DNA of 64,000 bases from an uncultured Gemmatimonadales bacterium (GTDB lineage: Bacteria; Gemmatimonadota; Gemmatimonadetes; Gemmatimonadales; GWC2-71-9). Below, piece after piece: positions 10,146 to 21,059 of this stretch (the stretch's first letter is position 1; every line of letters begins with the position of its first letter). The stretch is from the NCBI GenBank assembly GCA_963842945.1, contig CAWJIM010000005.1, forward strand, positions 32,001 to 96,000, written 5' to 3'. A model generated the notes under the pieces. The model did not search any database. It had not been told where the DNA came from and was given only the letters and a program-made list of their open reading frames with translations. Made by a program: the position numbers and the translations under genes.

Positions 10146-11335
10146 GCCGGCCGGCGCTCGTCTGGCTGGGGCTCAATCGCAACACCGCCTCCGTCGCCGG
10201 CGCCGGCCTCCTCATGGCGCTGGGCGAAGAGCTCTGGAAGCGGTTCCTCCCGAAATATCTGGAGAGCAGCGGTGCTCCACTGCTGGTGGTGGGCGCCTAT
10301 GGCAGCACCCGGGATCTGCTCGACGGGCTGGCGCAGTACCCGGGCGGGTGGATCTCCGACCGATACGGCCGCCGGGTGGGTCTGCAGATTTTCATCGGTA
10401 TCGCGATCATCGGCTATCTCCTGCTGGTAGCTGGAAGGTCCTGGGCCCTGATCTTTGCCGGGACGGTGCTTGCCCTGGCGTGGACCAGCATGGCCAGCCC
10501 TACCGTCTTCGCGGTCATCGGGGACGCCCTGCCGCCTGGGCGTCGTGCCATGGGGTTCTCCGTACAATCGATCCTGCGACGGATCCCCATCGCCGTAGCT
10601 CCGGTCCTGGGCGGAATGATGATCGCGAGTCGGGGTGTCCTGGCGGGCGTCAGGCTGGGGTTGATGGTCACCATCGCCCTTGCCCTGGCAACGCTGACGT
10701 TGGTCTCTCAGGTGCGGCTGGAGCTTCCACCCCAGAGCCGGTCCCACTCCATGCGGGATGTCTGGCGCTCCCTTCCCGAATCGCTTCGGCGGTTGCTGCT
10801 GTCGGATATTCTGGTCCGCACCTCCGAGGCGCTGGTGGACGTGTTTCTGGTCATCTACGCGCTGGATGTGGTGGGAGTGCGGGCGCCGCAGTACGGGCTG
10901 CTGGTTTCGGTGCAAATGACCACCTCCATCCTGGCGTATCTGCCCGCGGCCCGGCTGGCCGATCGGATCGGGCGGAAGCCGCTGGTCATCGCGACCTTCG
11001 TGGCCTTCGGTCTCTTCCCACTGGCCGTGGTGCAGGCTACCTCGTTCGCCGGACTGCTGGGAGCCTTTGTCGTGGGTGGGTTGCGAGAGGTGGGGGAGCC
11101 GGCCCGCAAGGCGCTGATCGTCGATCTGGCTCGGGCCGATCTGCGGGCGAGGTCGGTCGGTCTCTACTATCTGGTCTGATCGCTCAGCATCACACCCGCC
11201 GCATTGCTGGGCGCCCTGCTCTGGCAGTCCTCGCCGACATCTCCCTTTCTGATCGCGTCAGGGTTCGGGCTGGTTGGGGCGTTGGTCTTTACCGCTACGG
11301 TCGACGAGACCACCGCTTCGCGGATGATGAGGTAA
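10142..11335 (+). CDS. MFS transporter with an internal in-frame TGA at 11177-11179
   Basis: GGWISDRYGRR and RLADRIGRK motif A copies; frame continues past TGA through two more hydrophobic helices to TAA 11333-11335. Confidence 0.82.
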
Positions 11336-11428
11336 GGTCGGTATGGGCCTGAAGCTATGCCAACTGTATCATGGGAGAGGACGCGGTTCGAAACCGCGGG
11401 CGTGCCGTTGCCGTAACGGGTACTAACC

Positions 11429-13775
11429 ATGCTGCTGGCGCTAGCCCTCCTCACTCCATGGGAATTGCCAGACCCGCCTGCCGTGTACAGCGGCCGTGCG
11501 GGGCAGGTGGAGGTGCGGGTTCCCCGGCTGGAGGCCGACCTCTCGGTCGACGGCAAGCTGGCGGAGGCGGTGTGGGGCGAGTCGGCGGTGCTGACCGGCT
11601 TCTCCCAGTTCTCTCCGACCGATGGGATCCCGGCCGCGGACACCACCCAGGTGCTTGTCTGGTACTCTCCCACCGCGATCCATTTCGGCGTCCGGGCCTT
11701 CGAGGCGCATGGACCGGTGCACGCCACCCTGGCGGACCGGGATAAGATCTCGGCGGACGATTACATCCAGATCCTGCTCAGCACCTTCAACGATAGCCGC
11801 CAGGCGCTGGTCTTTTCGGTGAACCCCCTGGGGGTTCAGTCGGATGGCGCGCTGGTGGAGACCGGATCCACCAGCGGAAACGGCTTCAACAGTGCCGTGG
11901 TGAAGCGGGAGCAAGCCGACCTCAGCCCCGACTATGTGTTCGAATCCAAGGGCCGGGTTACCGAGTACGGATATGAGATCGAGATCCGGATACCCTTCAA
12001 GAGCATCCGCTTTCAACCCAGGAAGGAGCAGATCTGGGGCATCAACGTTGTCCGGCTGGTCCAGCACTCGGGCCGGGAGGACAGCTGGACCCCGGCCAAA
12101 CGGGCTAGCGCCTCCTTCCTGAGGCAGTCCGGCAAGCTCGTGGGGCTGACCGACCTGCGCCGTGGCGTGGTGCTCGACTTCACGCCATCTCTGACCTCCA
12201 GGACTACTGGAGCCGACGGGGCCGCCGGCTGGAGCTATTCCGGAGGGAGTCCCGAGCTGGGCGGGACCCTCCGCTGGGGTATCACCAACAACTTGACGCT
12301 CAACGGGACGGCCAACCCGGATTTCTCCCAGATCGAGTCCGATGCCCAGCAGTTCGTGTTCGATCCGCGCAACGAGCTCTTCTTTCAGGAGAAGCGACCG
12401 TTCTTCCTGGAGGCAATCGAGCAGTTCTCCACGCCGAGCAACCTGATCTACACCCGGCGGATCGTGCAGCCCGTCGTGGCCGCCAAGCTCACCGGAAAAG
12501 CGTTCGGGACCGACCTGGCCGTGCTGTCCGCGGTGGACGATCCGGCCCTGTCGCCCTCTGCCGACGATCATCCGCTGTACAACCTGCTCCGGATTCAGCG
12601 CGATGTCGGCTCGCAGTCCCGGGTCGGAGTGGTCTACACCGACAAGGTGGTGGGCCGCGACTACAACCGGGTGGCCGGCGTCGATACCCGACTGGTCATG
12701 GGCGAGATCTACAGTGCCCAGCTTCAGGTGGCCGGCAGCCGCACCCGGGTTGGGGGTGTGACCGAAACCGGTCCTCTCTGGTCCTCTCGGCTGGCCCGAA
12801 ACGGCCGCACCTTTGGGGCGCGCTACACCTTCACCGGCGTGGCCAATGATTTCCGCGCGGCCAGCGGATTCATTCAGCGGGCCGGGATCGTGCACGCCAA
12901 TCTGGATCACAGCATAACGCTCTATGGGAAACAGGGCGGGTGGCTCGAAAGCTTTACCGGAGACGTGGCGTTGGATGGAACCTGGGAATACCAGAAGTTC
13001 GTGAACGGCGAGGGAATTCAGGACAAGAAGCTGCACTTCAATACCAACACCCGGTTTGGTGGAGGCTGGCAGTTTGGGGCCTCCGTTCTGACCGAGTCGT
13101 TCGGGTATCCGGCGGATCTCTACACCGATTATGCGCTCGAGGTGCCCGGCGGGGCCGGCGGCCTGGACACGATTCCCTTCACCGGCCAACCCACCATCCC
13201 GAATCTGGACTACGTGCTCTCACTCGACACGCCGGAGTTCTCCCATTTCTCGGGGAACATTTTCTTTCTCTGGGGTCACGACGAAAACTTCTACGAATGG
13301 GCCAGTGCCGAACATCACCTGGCTCGATCTGGTCCTCGACTGGCGGCCCACCGACCAGCTGCGGGTGAATGGAGAGTACCACCTCCAGTTTGTGGGCCGT
13401 CGCAGCGACGGCAGCACGGTGAGCATCTGGAGAAGTCCGCGGATCAAGATCGAATATCAGCTCTCCCGGCCGATCTTTCTCCGGCTGGTGGGGGAGTACA
13501 CCACCGAACGGCGCGACTCCCTGCGGGACGAGTCTCGAACCAACGCTCCCATTCTGGTGCTCGATCCAGCAACCAACCTGTACACGCGCACCCAGCCCTT
13601 TGGCCACCGCGCGTTCCGCGGTGATTTTCTGTTCTCCTATCAGCCTACGCCCGGAACCGTGCTCTTCGCCGGTTACGGAAGCACGCTACGAGATCCCACC
13701 CAGATGGGCCAATCCACGCTCCAGCGGGCGGAAGATGGATTTTTCCTCAAGTTGAGCTACCTGTTTCAGATGTAG
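11429..13775 (+). CDS. DUF5916-type outer-membrane protein with N-terminal CBM9-like domain; frameshift ~13312
   Basis: DGKLAEAVW, FSVNPLGVQSD, EIRIPFKSIRF, NPDFSQIESD, EKRPFFLE; C-terminal barrel signature FFLKLSYLF in second frame. Confidence 0.82.
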
Positions 13776-14077
13776 GTCCTCCTAAGGCTTTCCCTCCACG
13801 TCCTTTGTAGCCGGCCCGCTACAACGCCGGGGCATAAGCCACATGCCGGTGGTGATCCAGCCAGCTACGGGCGACCGCAAAAGAGGCACTCGCTCAACAG
13901 TTTGACCGCCGTGAGACAAATACTGCAGTAGTCAGCGGATAGCCCCTGCGGTTGGCTTGCCTCTTGCCCCCCGATGCCGCGCATTTCTTCGCATTCCTGA
14001 CACAGTCGATTGGTAGCTGCCGCCGAAAGCGGCAGAGCAGGGTACCGCTCGTCTCTCTCCCCCTGGAGCAGCTCGAG

Positions 14078-15313
14078 ATGCGCATCCTGATCCTGAATTA
14101 CGAGTATCCTCCGCTGGGCGGCGGAGCCGGGGTAGCCACCGCCGCGCTGGCCCACGGCCTGGCAGATCGTGGTGTCGCCGTCGATGTGGTGACTGCTTCC
14201 GCCAATGACCGTGCCGAGCGGCGGAGCTCTTCGCGGGATCACCACCTGCCCCAGGAGCTGGGTGGGTTGCGCCTCTTCCGGGTGCGGAGCAGCCGGATCG
14301 GGGTGCATCAGGCCGGGATGCTGGGTGCGGCGAGCTATCTTCTGCACGCGCTTCCGGTGGTGCGCCGCCTGCTCCGCACTCACCAGTACGATGCGGTCCA
14401 CGTCTTCTTCTCCCTCCCTACTGGTGCCTTGCTTCCGTTCGCCGGGATCGGCGACGTACCGGTCATCGTTTCGCTTCGCGGATCCGACGTCCCGGGCTAC
14501 GACCCCTACAACAGCAGCGTGCAGCGAATGCACCGGCTGCTCGCACCGCTCACCCGCTGGATCTGGCGACGGGCGGACCAGGTGGTCCCGGTCTGCGAGA
14601 GTCTCGGCCGGCTGGCGAAGCTCACCTGCCCGGGCCTGGCATACAGCGTCCTCCCAAATGGCGTGGACCTGGACCTCTTCCACCCAGCGGTGCCAAGCCC
14701 GCGGGTGCCGGGAACCAGGCCTACCCGCTGCCTTGCCGTGGCCCGGCTGGTGGAGCGAAAGGGACTCGGTGAGCTCATTCGCGCCTTTGCCCTTCTCCCG
14801 CGGGGTCAATTCGAGCTGGAGATCGTAGGCGAGGGGCCGGATCGGGAGTTGCTGCGTGGGCTGACCAAACGCCTCGGAATTGCCGGTGAAATCAAGTTCA
14901 GCGGCTCCCTCAGCCGAGCTGCGCTGGCGGAACGCTACCGCGCCGCGGATCTCTTCACCTTACCGTCGGCGGCGGAGGCGTTCGGAAACGTGTTCGCCGA
15001 AGCCTTGGCATCCGGTCTTCCCATTGTAGGCAGCACCACAGGCGGCATCCCCGAGCTGGTGGAACACGGGGTCAACGGTCTGCTGATCGATCCCGGCCAG
15101 CCTCTGGCGTTGGCCCGCGCCATCCAGTACCTGGCGCAGGATCCCGAGCTTCTGCAGATGATGCGGACCCGCAACCGGGCCAAGGCCGAAGCCATGCTGC
15201 AGTGGTCTCAAATCACCGGCCGATACCACGCCCTGTACGAGGGTCTCAGGCATCGGGCGCCCGCACTAGCGCGGCTGAGCCGGCAGCCGGTCGGCGTGGT
15301 GAACACCGTATGA
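14078..15313 (+). CDS. GT4 glycosyltransferase
   Basis: MRILILNYEYPPLGGGAG, PNGVD, ARLVERKG, EAFGNVFAEALASGLP (Ex7E). Confidence 0.92.
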   Translation: MRILILNYEYPPLGGGAGVATAALAHGLADRGVAVDVVTASANDRAERRSSSRDHHLPQELGGLRLFRVRSSRIGVHQAGMLGAASYLLHALPVVRRLLRTHQYDAVHVFFSLPTGALLPFAGIGDVPVIVSLRGSDVPGYDPYNSSVQRMHRLLAPLTRWIWRRADQVVPVCESLGRLAKLTCPGLAYSVLPNGVDLDLFHPAVPSPRVPGTRPTRCLAVARLVERKGLGELIRAFALLPRGQFELEIVGEGPDRELLRGLTKRLGIAGEIKFSGSLSRAALAERYRAADLFTLPSAAEAFGNVFAEALASGLPIVGSTTGGIPELVEHGVNGLLIDPGQPLALARAIQYLAQDPELLQMMRTRNRAKAEAMLQWSQITGRYHALYEGLRHRAPALARLSRQPVGVVNTV

Positions 15314-16590
15314 GCGCGGCTCTCGGCTTTTGGCTCGCGGCTGATGCAGCGCGCACCTTCGGCATGCTGCGGCAGGACCCGGAGTGGATCAGCGCTGTGG
15401 CCCGGGACCGCCTCAGCCGACTGCTCTTTCACCTGGCACGCCACAACAGCTTCTATGGTCGCCGACTTCAGTCGGCAGGCATCGAATGGGCCGACCCGGT
15501 GCTCCAGCGGGACCCGTATCGGGCGCTTGCCGCGCTGCCTCCAGTGTCAAAGGCCGAGCTTCGTCGGGCGGGAACCCGGGCTCTGGATGGAGGGGTGCTG
15601 CGCCCTGACTGGTATTCCTCATCCTCGTCCGGCTCCACTGGCGAGCCGTTCACGGTGTATTACGAGGCGCGGTCCTGGGCCCGTCTCAAGTATCTGGTCA
15701 AGCTGCGGGCCCGCGCCGCCTGCGGTGTTCGACCGAGCGACCGGATTGCCCTGCTCGACGCATTCCTGCCGGAGCGCTCCACGCCGGCGAACTGGAGGCC
15801 ATGGGCACGGATCAGCGTGCTTCAGCCCGCGGCTTCCGTTGCGGCTGCTCTGCAGGCCTTCCAGCCCGATGTGGTGTATGGGCTCCCTTCAGCCCTGCTC
15901 GAGGTGGGAAGACACCTCGGAGAGCAGGGGCAACAGCTCCCGGTGCGAGCACTGTTCACCAGTGGGGAGCTGCTCCAAGGCGGAGTCCGGGACACTCTTT
16001 CGGCGACATTCCAGGCACCGGTTTACGACATCTACGGCACGTCGGAGACCAAGGAGATTGCCTGGGAATGCTCGTCCGGCGGCCGGCACATCAACGCCGA
16101 CGTGGTGCATGTCGAGGTGGTCGACGATGCGGGTCAGGCGCTGCCGGCCGGCGTGGAAGGCAATCTGGTCGCCACGGTGTTGGTCAATCGCGCCATGCCC
16201 CTGCTGCGGTACCGGACCGGTGACCGGGCCAGCCTGCAACCTGACGGCTGTGCCTGCGGCTGCCCCATGCCGCGGCTCGGGCCGGTGACCGGCCGGGCGG
16301 CGGACATCCTCATCCTGCGCGATGGACTGCGCGTTTCCCCCTACGCGCTGACCTGCGCCATCGAGCGCATCCCCGGCGTGGTGCGCTACCAGGTGAGCCA
16401 ACTGGATCAGGTCAGAGTACGGGTGCGCGCAATTCTGGAGTCGGCGGCGGACCGGAGTGCGGTCACCGCCCGGGTTCGGGCGGCGCTCCGCTACGATGTC
16501 GCTCCGTTTCTCGACGCCGACGTGGAATTCGTGGATCGGCTTCCCACCGGCCCCCGGGCCAAGTTCCGCGTCGTGGAGCCGCTGGCATGA
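15310..16590 (+). CDS. PaaK/CapK-like AMP-forming ligase (ANL superfamily), copy 1
   Basis: SSSGSTGEP P-loop, YGTSE, RYRTGD, GR, terminal K (PTGPRAKFR). Confidence 0.88.
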   Translation: MSAALGFWLAADAARTFGMLRQDPEWISAVARDRLSRLLFHLARHNSFYGRRLQSAGIEWADPVLQRDPYRALAALPPVSKAELRRAGTRALDGGVLRPDWYSSSSSGSTGEPFTVYYEARSWARLKYLVKLRARAACGVRPSDRIALLDAFLPERSTPANWRPWARISVLQPAASVAAALQAFQPDVVYGLPSALLEVGRHLGEQGQQLPVRALFTSGELLQGGVRDTLSATFQAPVYDIYGTSETKEIAWECSSGGRHINADVVHVEVVDDAGQALPAGVEGNLVATVLVNRAMPLLRYRTGDRASLQPDGCACGCPMPRLGPVTGRAADILILRDGLRVSPYALTCAIERIPGVVRYQVSQLDQVRVRVRAILESAADRSAVTARVRAALRYDVAPFLDADVEFVDRLPTGPRAKFRVVEPLA

Positions 16591-17834
16591 GTCACCCCGG
16601 CGCGGTCATCATCGGCGGGTACGCCAACGCTGTCAGTGCGCTTCGGGGTCTCGCGCGGGAGGGGGTGCGCACCGCGGTTGTGCTGACGGCCGACCACGAC
16701 ATTGCCCAGCACTCCCGTTACGCCCACGAGGCCCACCGGGTCCACTACCTCAACCGCCGTCCCGACGGTTTGCTCGAGCTGCTCGATGCTCAGCGCTGGC
16801 GTTGGCGCAACTGGGCGCTTCTTCCCACCAACGACTATGCGGTAGCCGCGATCGCCCAGCACCGGGACCATCTGTCCCGCACCTACCGGGTGACGGTTCC
16901 GGACCGGGAGGTCGCCGGCCGGGTGCTGGACAAGGCGATCACCTACCAGTTCGCTCGCAGCGTGGGAGTCGATGTGCCGACTTCCTATGGCCCTGCCTCC
17001 CGGGTCACGGCGGCCAGGCTGGATCTGGTCTTTCCGCTGGTGGTCAAGCCACTCCAGAGCGCCCGATTCTGGGAGGTGTTCGGCAAGAAGCTCCTGGTGG
17101 TCCGCGACCGCGCGGAGCTGATGCAAGCGGTGGATCGGGTGGAGGAGTCGGGGATGGATGCGGAAGTGCTGGATCTCGTCCCCGGCGGCGACACCCAGGT
17201 CTGCAACTACACGGTGTATCTCGACCGCTGGGGGAACCCGGCCGCCGAGTTCGCCCTGAGAAAGCTGCGCAAGGCTCCCCGCTTCTTCGGCGTGGGCCGG
17301 GCGGCAACGCCGGCAAATCTTCCCCAGCTGCGCGAGCGGACCATCGAGCTGCTGCGGCGGATCGGATGGCGTGGCATCGCGAGCGTCGAGTACAAGCTCG
17401 ACCCCCGGGACGGGCGCCACCGGCTGATGGAAATCAACGGCCGCTGCTTCCTGGTCCATGGACTGCCGACGCGGTGTGGAGTGAATTACCCGCTGCTCGC
17501 CTGGCGCGAGCATGTGCTCCGGGAAACTGTGAGCGCGGAGCCGAATGGCTGGAATGGAGTCTGGACCCACATGCACGCGGACCTGCTGTACACCATGGTG
17601 GAGGATCGCGCCCCCGACTGGAGCTGGCGCGACTTCATCGGCAGCTACACGGGCCCGTGGGTGGACGCGGTCTGGTCCAGCAAGGACCCGCTTCCCTTCC
17701 TGGCTCAGTGCGCCGGCACCTTCCGCAAGGCGGCGCATGGCGTGCGCGATCCCGAGGTGCGCGACGAAGTCCGCAACCGCTTCCACCAGCTGCCGGCCGG
17801 CATGGGCGGCTCTTACCGGGCGGAGGTGGGATGA
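16587..17834 (+). CDS. ATP-grasp carboxylate-amine ligase (D-aspartate-ligase-like)
   Basis: LLPTND, LDK, FPLVVKP, VEYKLDPRDG..RLMEINGR, GVNYPLLAW, DPLPF. Confidence 0.85.
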   Translation: MSHPGAVIIGGYANAVSALRGLAREGVRTAVVLTADHDIAQHSRYAHEAHRVHYLNRRPDGLLELLDAQRWRWRNWALLPTNDYAVAAIAQHRDHLSRTYRVTVPDREVAGRVLDKAITYQFARSVGVDVPTSYGPASRVTAARLDLVFPLVVKPLQSARFWEVFGKKLLVVRDRAELMQAVDRVEESGMDAEVLDLVPGGDTQVCNYTVYLDRWGNPAAEFALRKLRKAPRFFGVGRAATPANLPQLRERTIELLRRIGWRGIASVEYKLDPRDGRHRLMEINGRCFLVHGLPTRCGVNYPLLAWREHVLRETVSAEPNGWNGVWTHMHADLLYTMVEDRAPDWSWRDFIGSYTGPWVDAVWSSKDPLPFLAQCAGTFRKAAHGVRDPEVRDEVRNRFHQLPAGMGGSYRAEVG

Positions 17835-19126
17835 AGTTCCAGTGGCGCTCCCGTCGGGAGCTGGCGGAGTTTCGCGACGCCCAGCTGCGCCGGCTGCTGG
17901 TGCATGCCTACGAGAACGTGCCGTACTACCGTACGCTCTTCGACCGGCACCGGCTGCATCCCAGGCACGTCCGCGGCGTGATCGATCTCGACCTGATTCC
18001 CATCAGCTCCAAGCCGGACCTGCGCGGCCTGCCGGCGCAGAAGGTGATCGCCGCGGGGCATGATCCCGCCCGCCTGCTCACCGCCAGAACCAGCGGTGCC
18101 ACCGGCGAGCCGTTCATCATCCGCCGCACCTGGCTGGAGGACAAGCGCAATCATCTATTCCGGCTGCGGGCCCTGACCTCGATGGGCGTGCGGCTGGGAG
18201 ACCGGCGAGTGGCCGTGGGAGTGGTGCGGCCGTCCGATCCCAACCACCTCAAACGAATCTTCCGCCCTCTACGCGGACTCGGCATCACCGGCGCTCCGCG
18301 GCTGAACGGGCTGGAGGAGCCGGAGGTCGTCGCCGCTGAGCTTCGGAAGCTCAGGCCGGACGTGATCACCGGCATGCCGGGCATTCTCTGCCGGGTGGCT
18401 GACTATCTGATCTCGAGCGGCTCCCAACCGGTGCACCCTCGGCTCGTAGTCGTGGGCGGCGAGGTGCTCACCAGCGTGATGCAGCACCGGCTGACGACGG
18501 CGTTCCAGGCGCCGGTCTATCAGACCTACGCCAGCCACGAGTTTCCGCTGCTCAGCTGGCAGTGCACCCGGACCCAGGAGCTTCACTGCTGTGACGATGG
18601 AGTGATCCTGGAGGTGCTGCACGACGGCCGTCCGGCCCAGCCGGGCGAGCAGGGCGAGGTGGTCGTCACCAATCTCAACGCTTTCACGATGCCCTTCATC
18701 CGGTATCGTCTGGGTGACATCGCCACCGTCGGTGTCGAGCAGTGCGCCTGCGGCGCGCCATTCTCGACCATTCGCCAGGTTCAGGGCCGCTCCATCGATT
18801 CGTTTACGCTTCCCGACGGCCGGGTGATCCACCCCTACCAGCTGCTCGGCACCTTCATCGGCGGAAGTGACGGCTGGATCCGGCAGTACCAGCTGCTGCA
18901 GGAGCGGCGCGATCGTATCGTCCTCCGCGTGATTCCCAACCAGGCAGCGGTCTCGGATCACATCTCCCGCATCGAGCGCTCGGTGCTCCCGGTACTGGGC
19001 CCCGGCGTGGAGTTCCGGGTCCAGCTGATGGACCACATTCCGCTCGAGCACACCGGGAAGTTCCGGTCCGCTCGTTCGCTGGTGGAGCCGGGGCCCGGCG
19101 CCCCTTTCCCCTCCAATCATGGGTGA
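17831..19126 (+). CDS. PaaK/CapK-like AMP-forming ligase, copy 2
   Basis: QLRRLLVHAYENVPYYR, TSGATGEP, YASHE, RYRLGD, QGR, TGKFR; GGAGGT SD and ATGA overlap. Confidence 0.88.
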   Translation: MKFQWRSRRELAEFRDAQLRRLLVHAYENVPYYRTLFDRHRLHPRHVRGVIDLDLIPISSKPDLRGLPAQKVIAAGHDPARLLTARTSGATGEPFIIRRTWLEDKRNHLFRLRALTSMGVRLGDRRVAVGVVRPSDPNHLKRIFRPLRGLGITGAPRLNGLEEPEVVAAELRKLRPDVITGMPGILCRVADYLISSGSQPVHPRLVVVGGEVLTSVMQHRLTTAFQAPVYQTYASHEFPLLSWQCTRTQELHCCDDGVILEVLHDGRPAQPGEQGEVVVTNLNAFTMPFIRYRLGDIATVGVEQCACGAPFSTIRQVQGRSIDSFTLPDGRVIHPYQLLGTFIGGSDGWIRQYQLLQERRDRIVLRVIPNQAAVSDHISRIERSVLPVLGPGVEFRVQLMDHIPLEHTGKFRSARSLVEPGPGAPFPSNHG

Positions 19127-20392
19127 GCTGCTGCGGAGCCTGGGAGCGGGAGCCGGCTCCCGTCTTTTCGTCCATTGCGCCACCTCGATCGACTATCTGG
19201 CCGAGCTCTCAGCCTCGAAGCCGGATGTCGAGCGGTACGCCGAGCGGGCGCTCCTGTTGGCGGACGCCGGAGACATCGTGTGCCTTACCCACGAGGTGGA
19301 TCCTGCGTACCTGGAGCTGCTGGCGGCGCTCGGTCTCGGCCCCCGTCCGGAGAACGTGGTCGTTGCCTCGCGCTTCTCCGAGAGCCGCGGCCCCCTCTGG
19401 GAGCGCCTGTTGGAGAGCGATGACGCGCTGGAGCTGCTGGGCCGCCGGATGCGGATGGCGGGCACGGCTCAGCTGCATCCGTTCTTTCTCACCAAAGGGC
19501 AATTCGATCTGGCGCGAGCACTGAGCGAAAGGATCGGCAGAGACGTCACCGTGATGGGGGGAGACCCGGAGGTCGTGGCCTACGCCGATCACAAGCACCA
19601 TATTCGCGCTCAGGCTCTGGAGCTGGGAATTCCCGTAGCACCGGGCGAGGCCGTGCACGCCGGGTCAGTGTTCTCGGCGGTAAAGCGCCAGCTCCGGATT
19701 ACCGGCAGGGTGATCGTGCGGGGGACGTCCGGTGCGGCCGGCTCGGCGACCTACCTGTGTGCCGGGACGGCCGAGAGCCTGGATGATCTGGCTGTCTGGT
19801 TGAGCGGCAGAATCGACAACAGCATGTATCTGGTCGAGGCGATGTACCAGGTGGTTGCCTCTCCCAATGTTCAGGTTCACATCTCCCGCGAAGGGGATAT
19901 CAGTTGCGTGGGGATTTCCGACCAGCTGCTCGATTCGGATCTGACCCACACCGGTAACGCCTTTCCCTCGACCGCGGCCTGCATCAAGGACATGGTCGTG
20001 TGGGCGAGGAGATTTGGAGAGTGGCTGGGCGACATGGGATATGTCGGGATCGCGGGGTTCGACTTCGTGGAGTACATCGCGCCGGACGGCACGCGAAAGG
20101 CGTTCCTGGCGGAGCGAACCCGCGGGTGAATGGAGCTACCTACCCGCTGGCCGTGCGCGAACGGCTGAGCCCGAGGTCGGCTTTCGTGTGCGGCTCAATA
20201 GAGACCCGACTCGACGCCTTCGCCGAGGTGCGCGATCGGCTGGCGCATCTGCTCTACTCGCCGGCCCGCAGGCGGGGAGTGATACCAGCTATGCCCGGGT
20301 GCCTGGCCTTCGGTAGATGCGCCATGATTGCGCTCGCCCCCAGTCGCGCGGAGGCGTCTGAGCTCTTTGCCCAGGCGGAGCTGCAGCCTTAG
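19119..20392 (+). CDS. PGM1-like ATP-grasp ligase (pre-ATP-grasp + ATP-grasp + PGM1_C-like tail); frameshift ~20115
   Basis: YAERALLLA..GD.V....VDPAYL pre-grasp pattern; SPNVQ, SDQLL...HTGN.FP, GFDF, E.NPRVNGATY; LLY.P..RRGVI tail. Confidence 0.72.
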
Positions 20393-20440
20393 CGCCCCAA
20401 TGCCCCAGCCCGAGCCGCTAAAGTTGCTGGCCGGCATTTC

Positions 20441-21059
20441 ATGAGCCCCACGACTCTGCGCCGGCGCATCGCTGACTTCCGCTGGCAGCTCGACCGTCTG
20501 GGTGGATACGGGCGAAAGTTCGTGGTCGAGACCGATCTATCCCGGCTGGCGGAGCTGGCTCCGCCGTCCGAGGTGGATATTCGTCCGTTCAAGGAATCCG
20601 ACTGGTCGCTGCTCGGCGACATCATGCCCAAGTCGCTGACCGTCGAGCACGACGCCCCCGGTGCCGAAGGCCGAACCTGCCTGGTGGCGTGGAAACGACG
20701 GCGCGCGGTGGGCTACGCCTGGTTCTACCCCGAGGTGGACTGCCGGCACGAGCGCTGCGCGCTGCCGCTCCCTTCCGATGCGGTCTACATCCGGCAGCTG
20801 CCAGGTCGATCGGGCGGAGCGGCGGCAGGGTCTCGCCGCCGCTCTCCTGAGCGCGGGGCTCAAGCTCCGGCGCGACCAGGGTTATCACCGGAGCTGGATC
20901 GTGCTCGACCCCAAGAACACGGCGTCGGTGCGAACCATCGCGAGCGTGGCGCCCTGTCAGGTGCTGGGCACGCTAGCCTGGCTCCGGATCTTCGGCTGGA
21001 TACGCTGCCGGTACCGCGAGCTGCACGCGCCGTTTCCGATCGACACCCGCCTGTCGTGA
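20441..21059 (+). CDS. GNAT-family acyltransferase; frameshift ~20800
   Basis: CLVAW....VGYAW, AVYI then V..AERRQGLA acetyl-CoA motif A and N.AS motif B in the next frame. Confidence 0.75.

Noticed and set aside
11177..11179. Selenocysteine or recoded TGA
   Set aside because: Position looks like an Arg site in a transporter, no SECIS-like hairpin was evident, and TGA is used as a normal stop throughout the window
16457..17830. Long N-terminal extension of the 889-aa ORF
   Set aside because: Arg/Pro/Gly-rich off-frame read over the ATP-grasp gene; real start at 17831 has an SD
15310..19126. Phenylacetate catabolism (paaK)
   Set aside because: No paa ring-oxidation genes; context is glycosyltransferase/flippase
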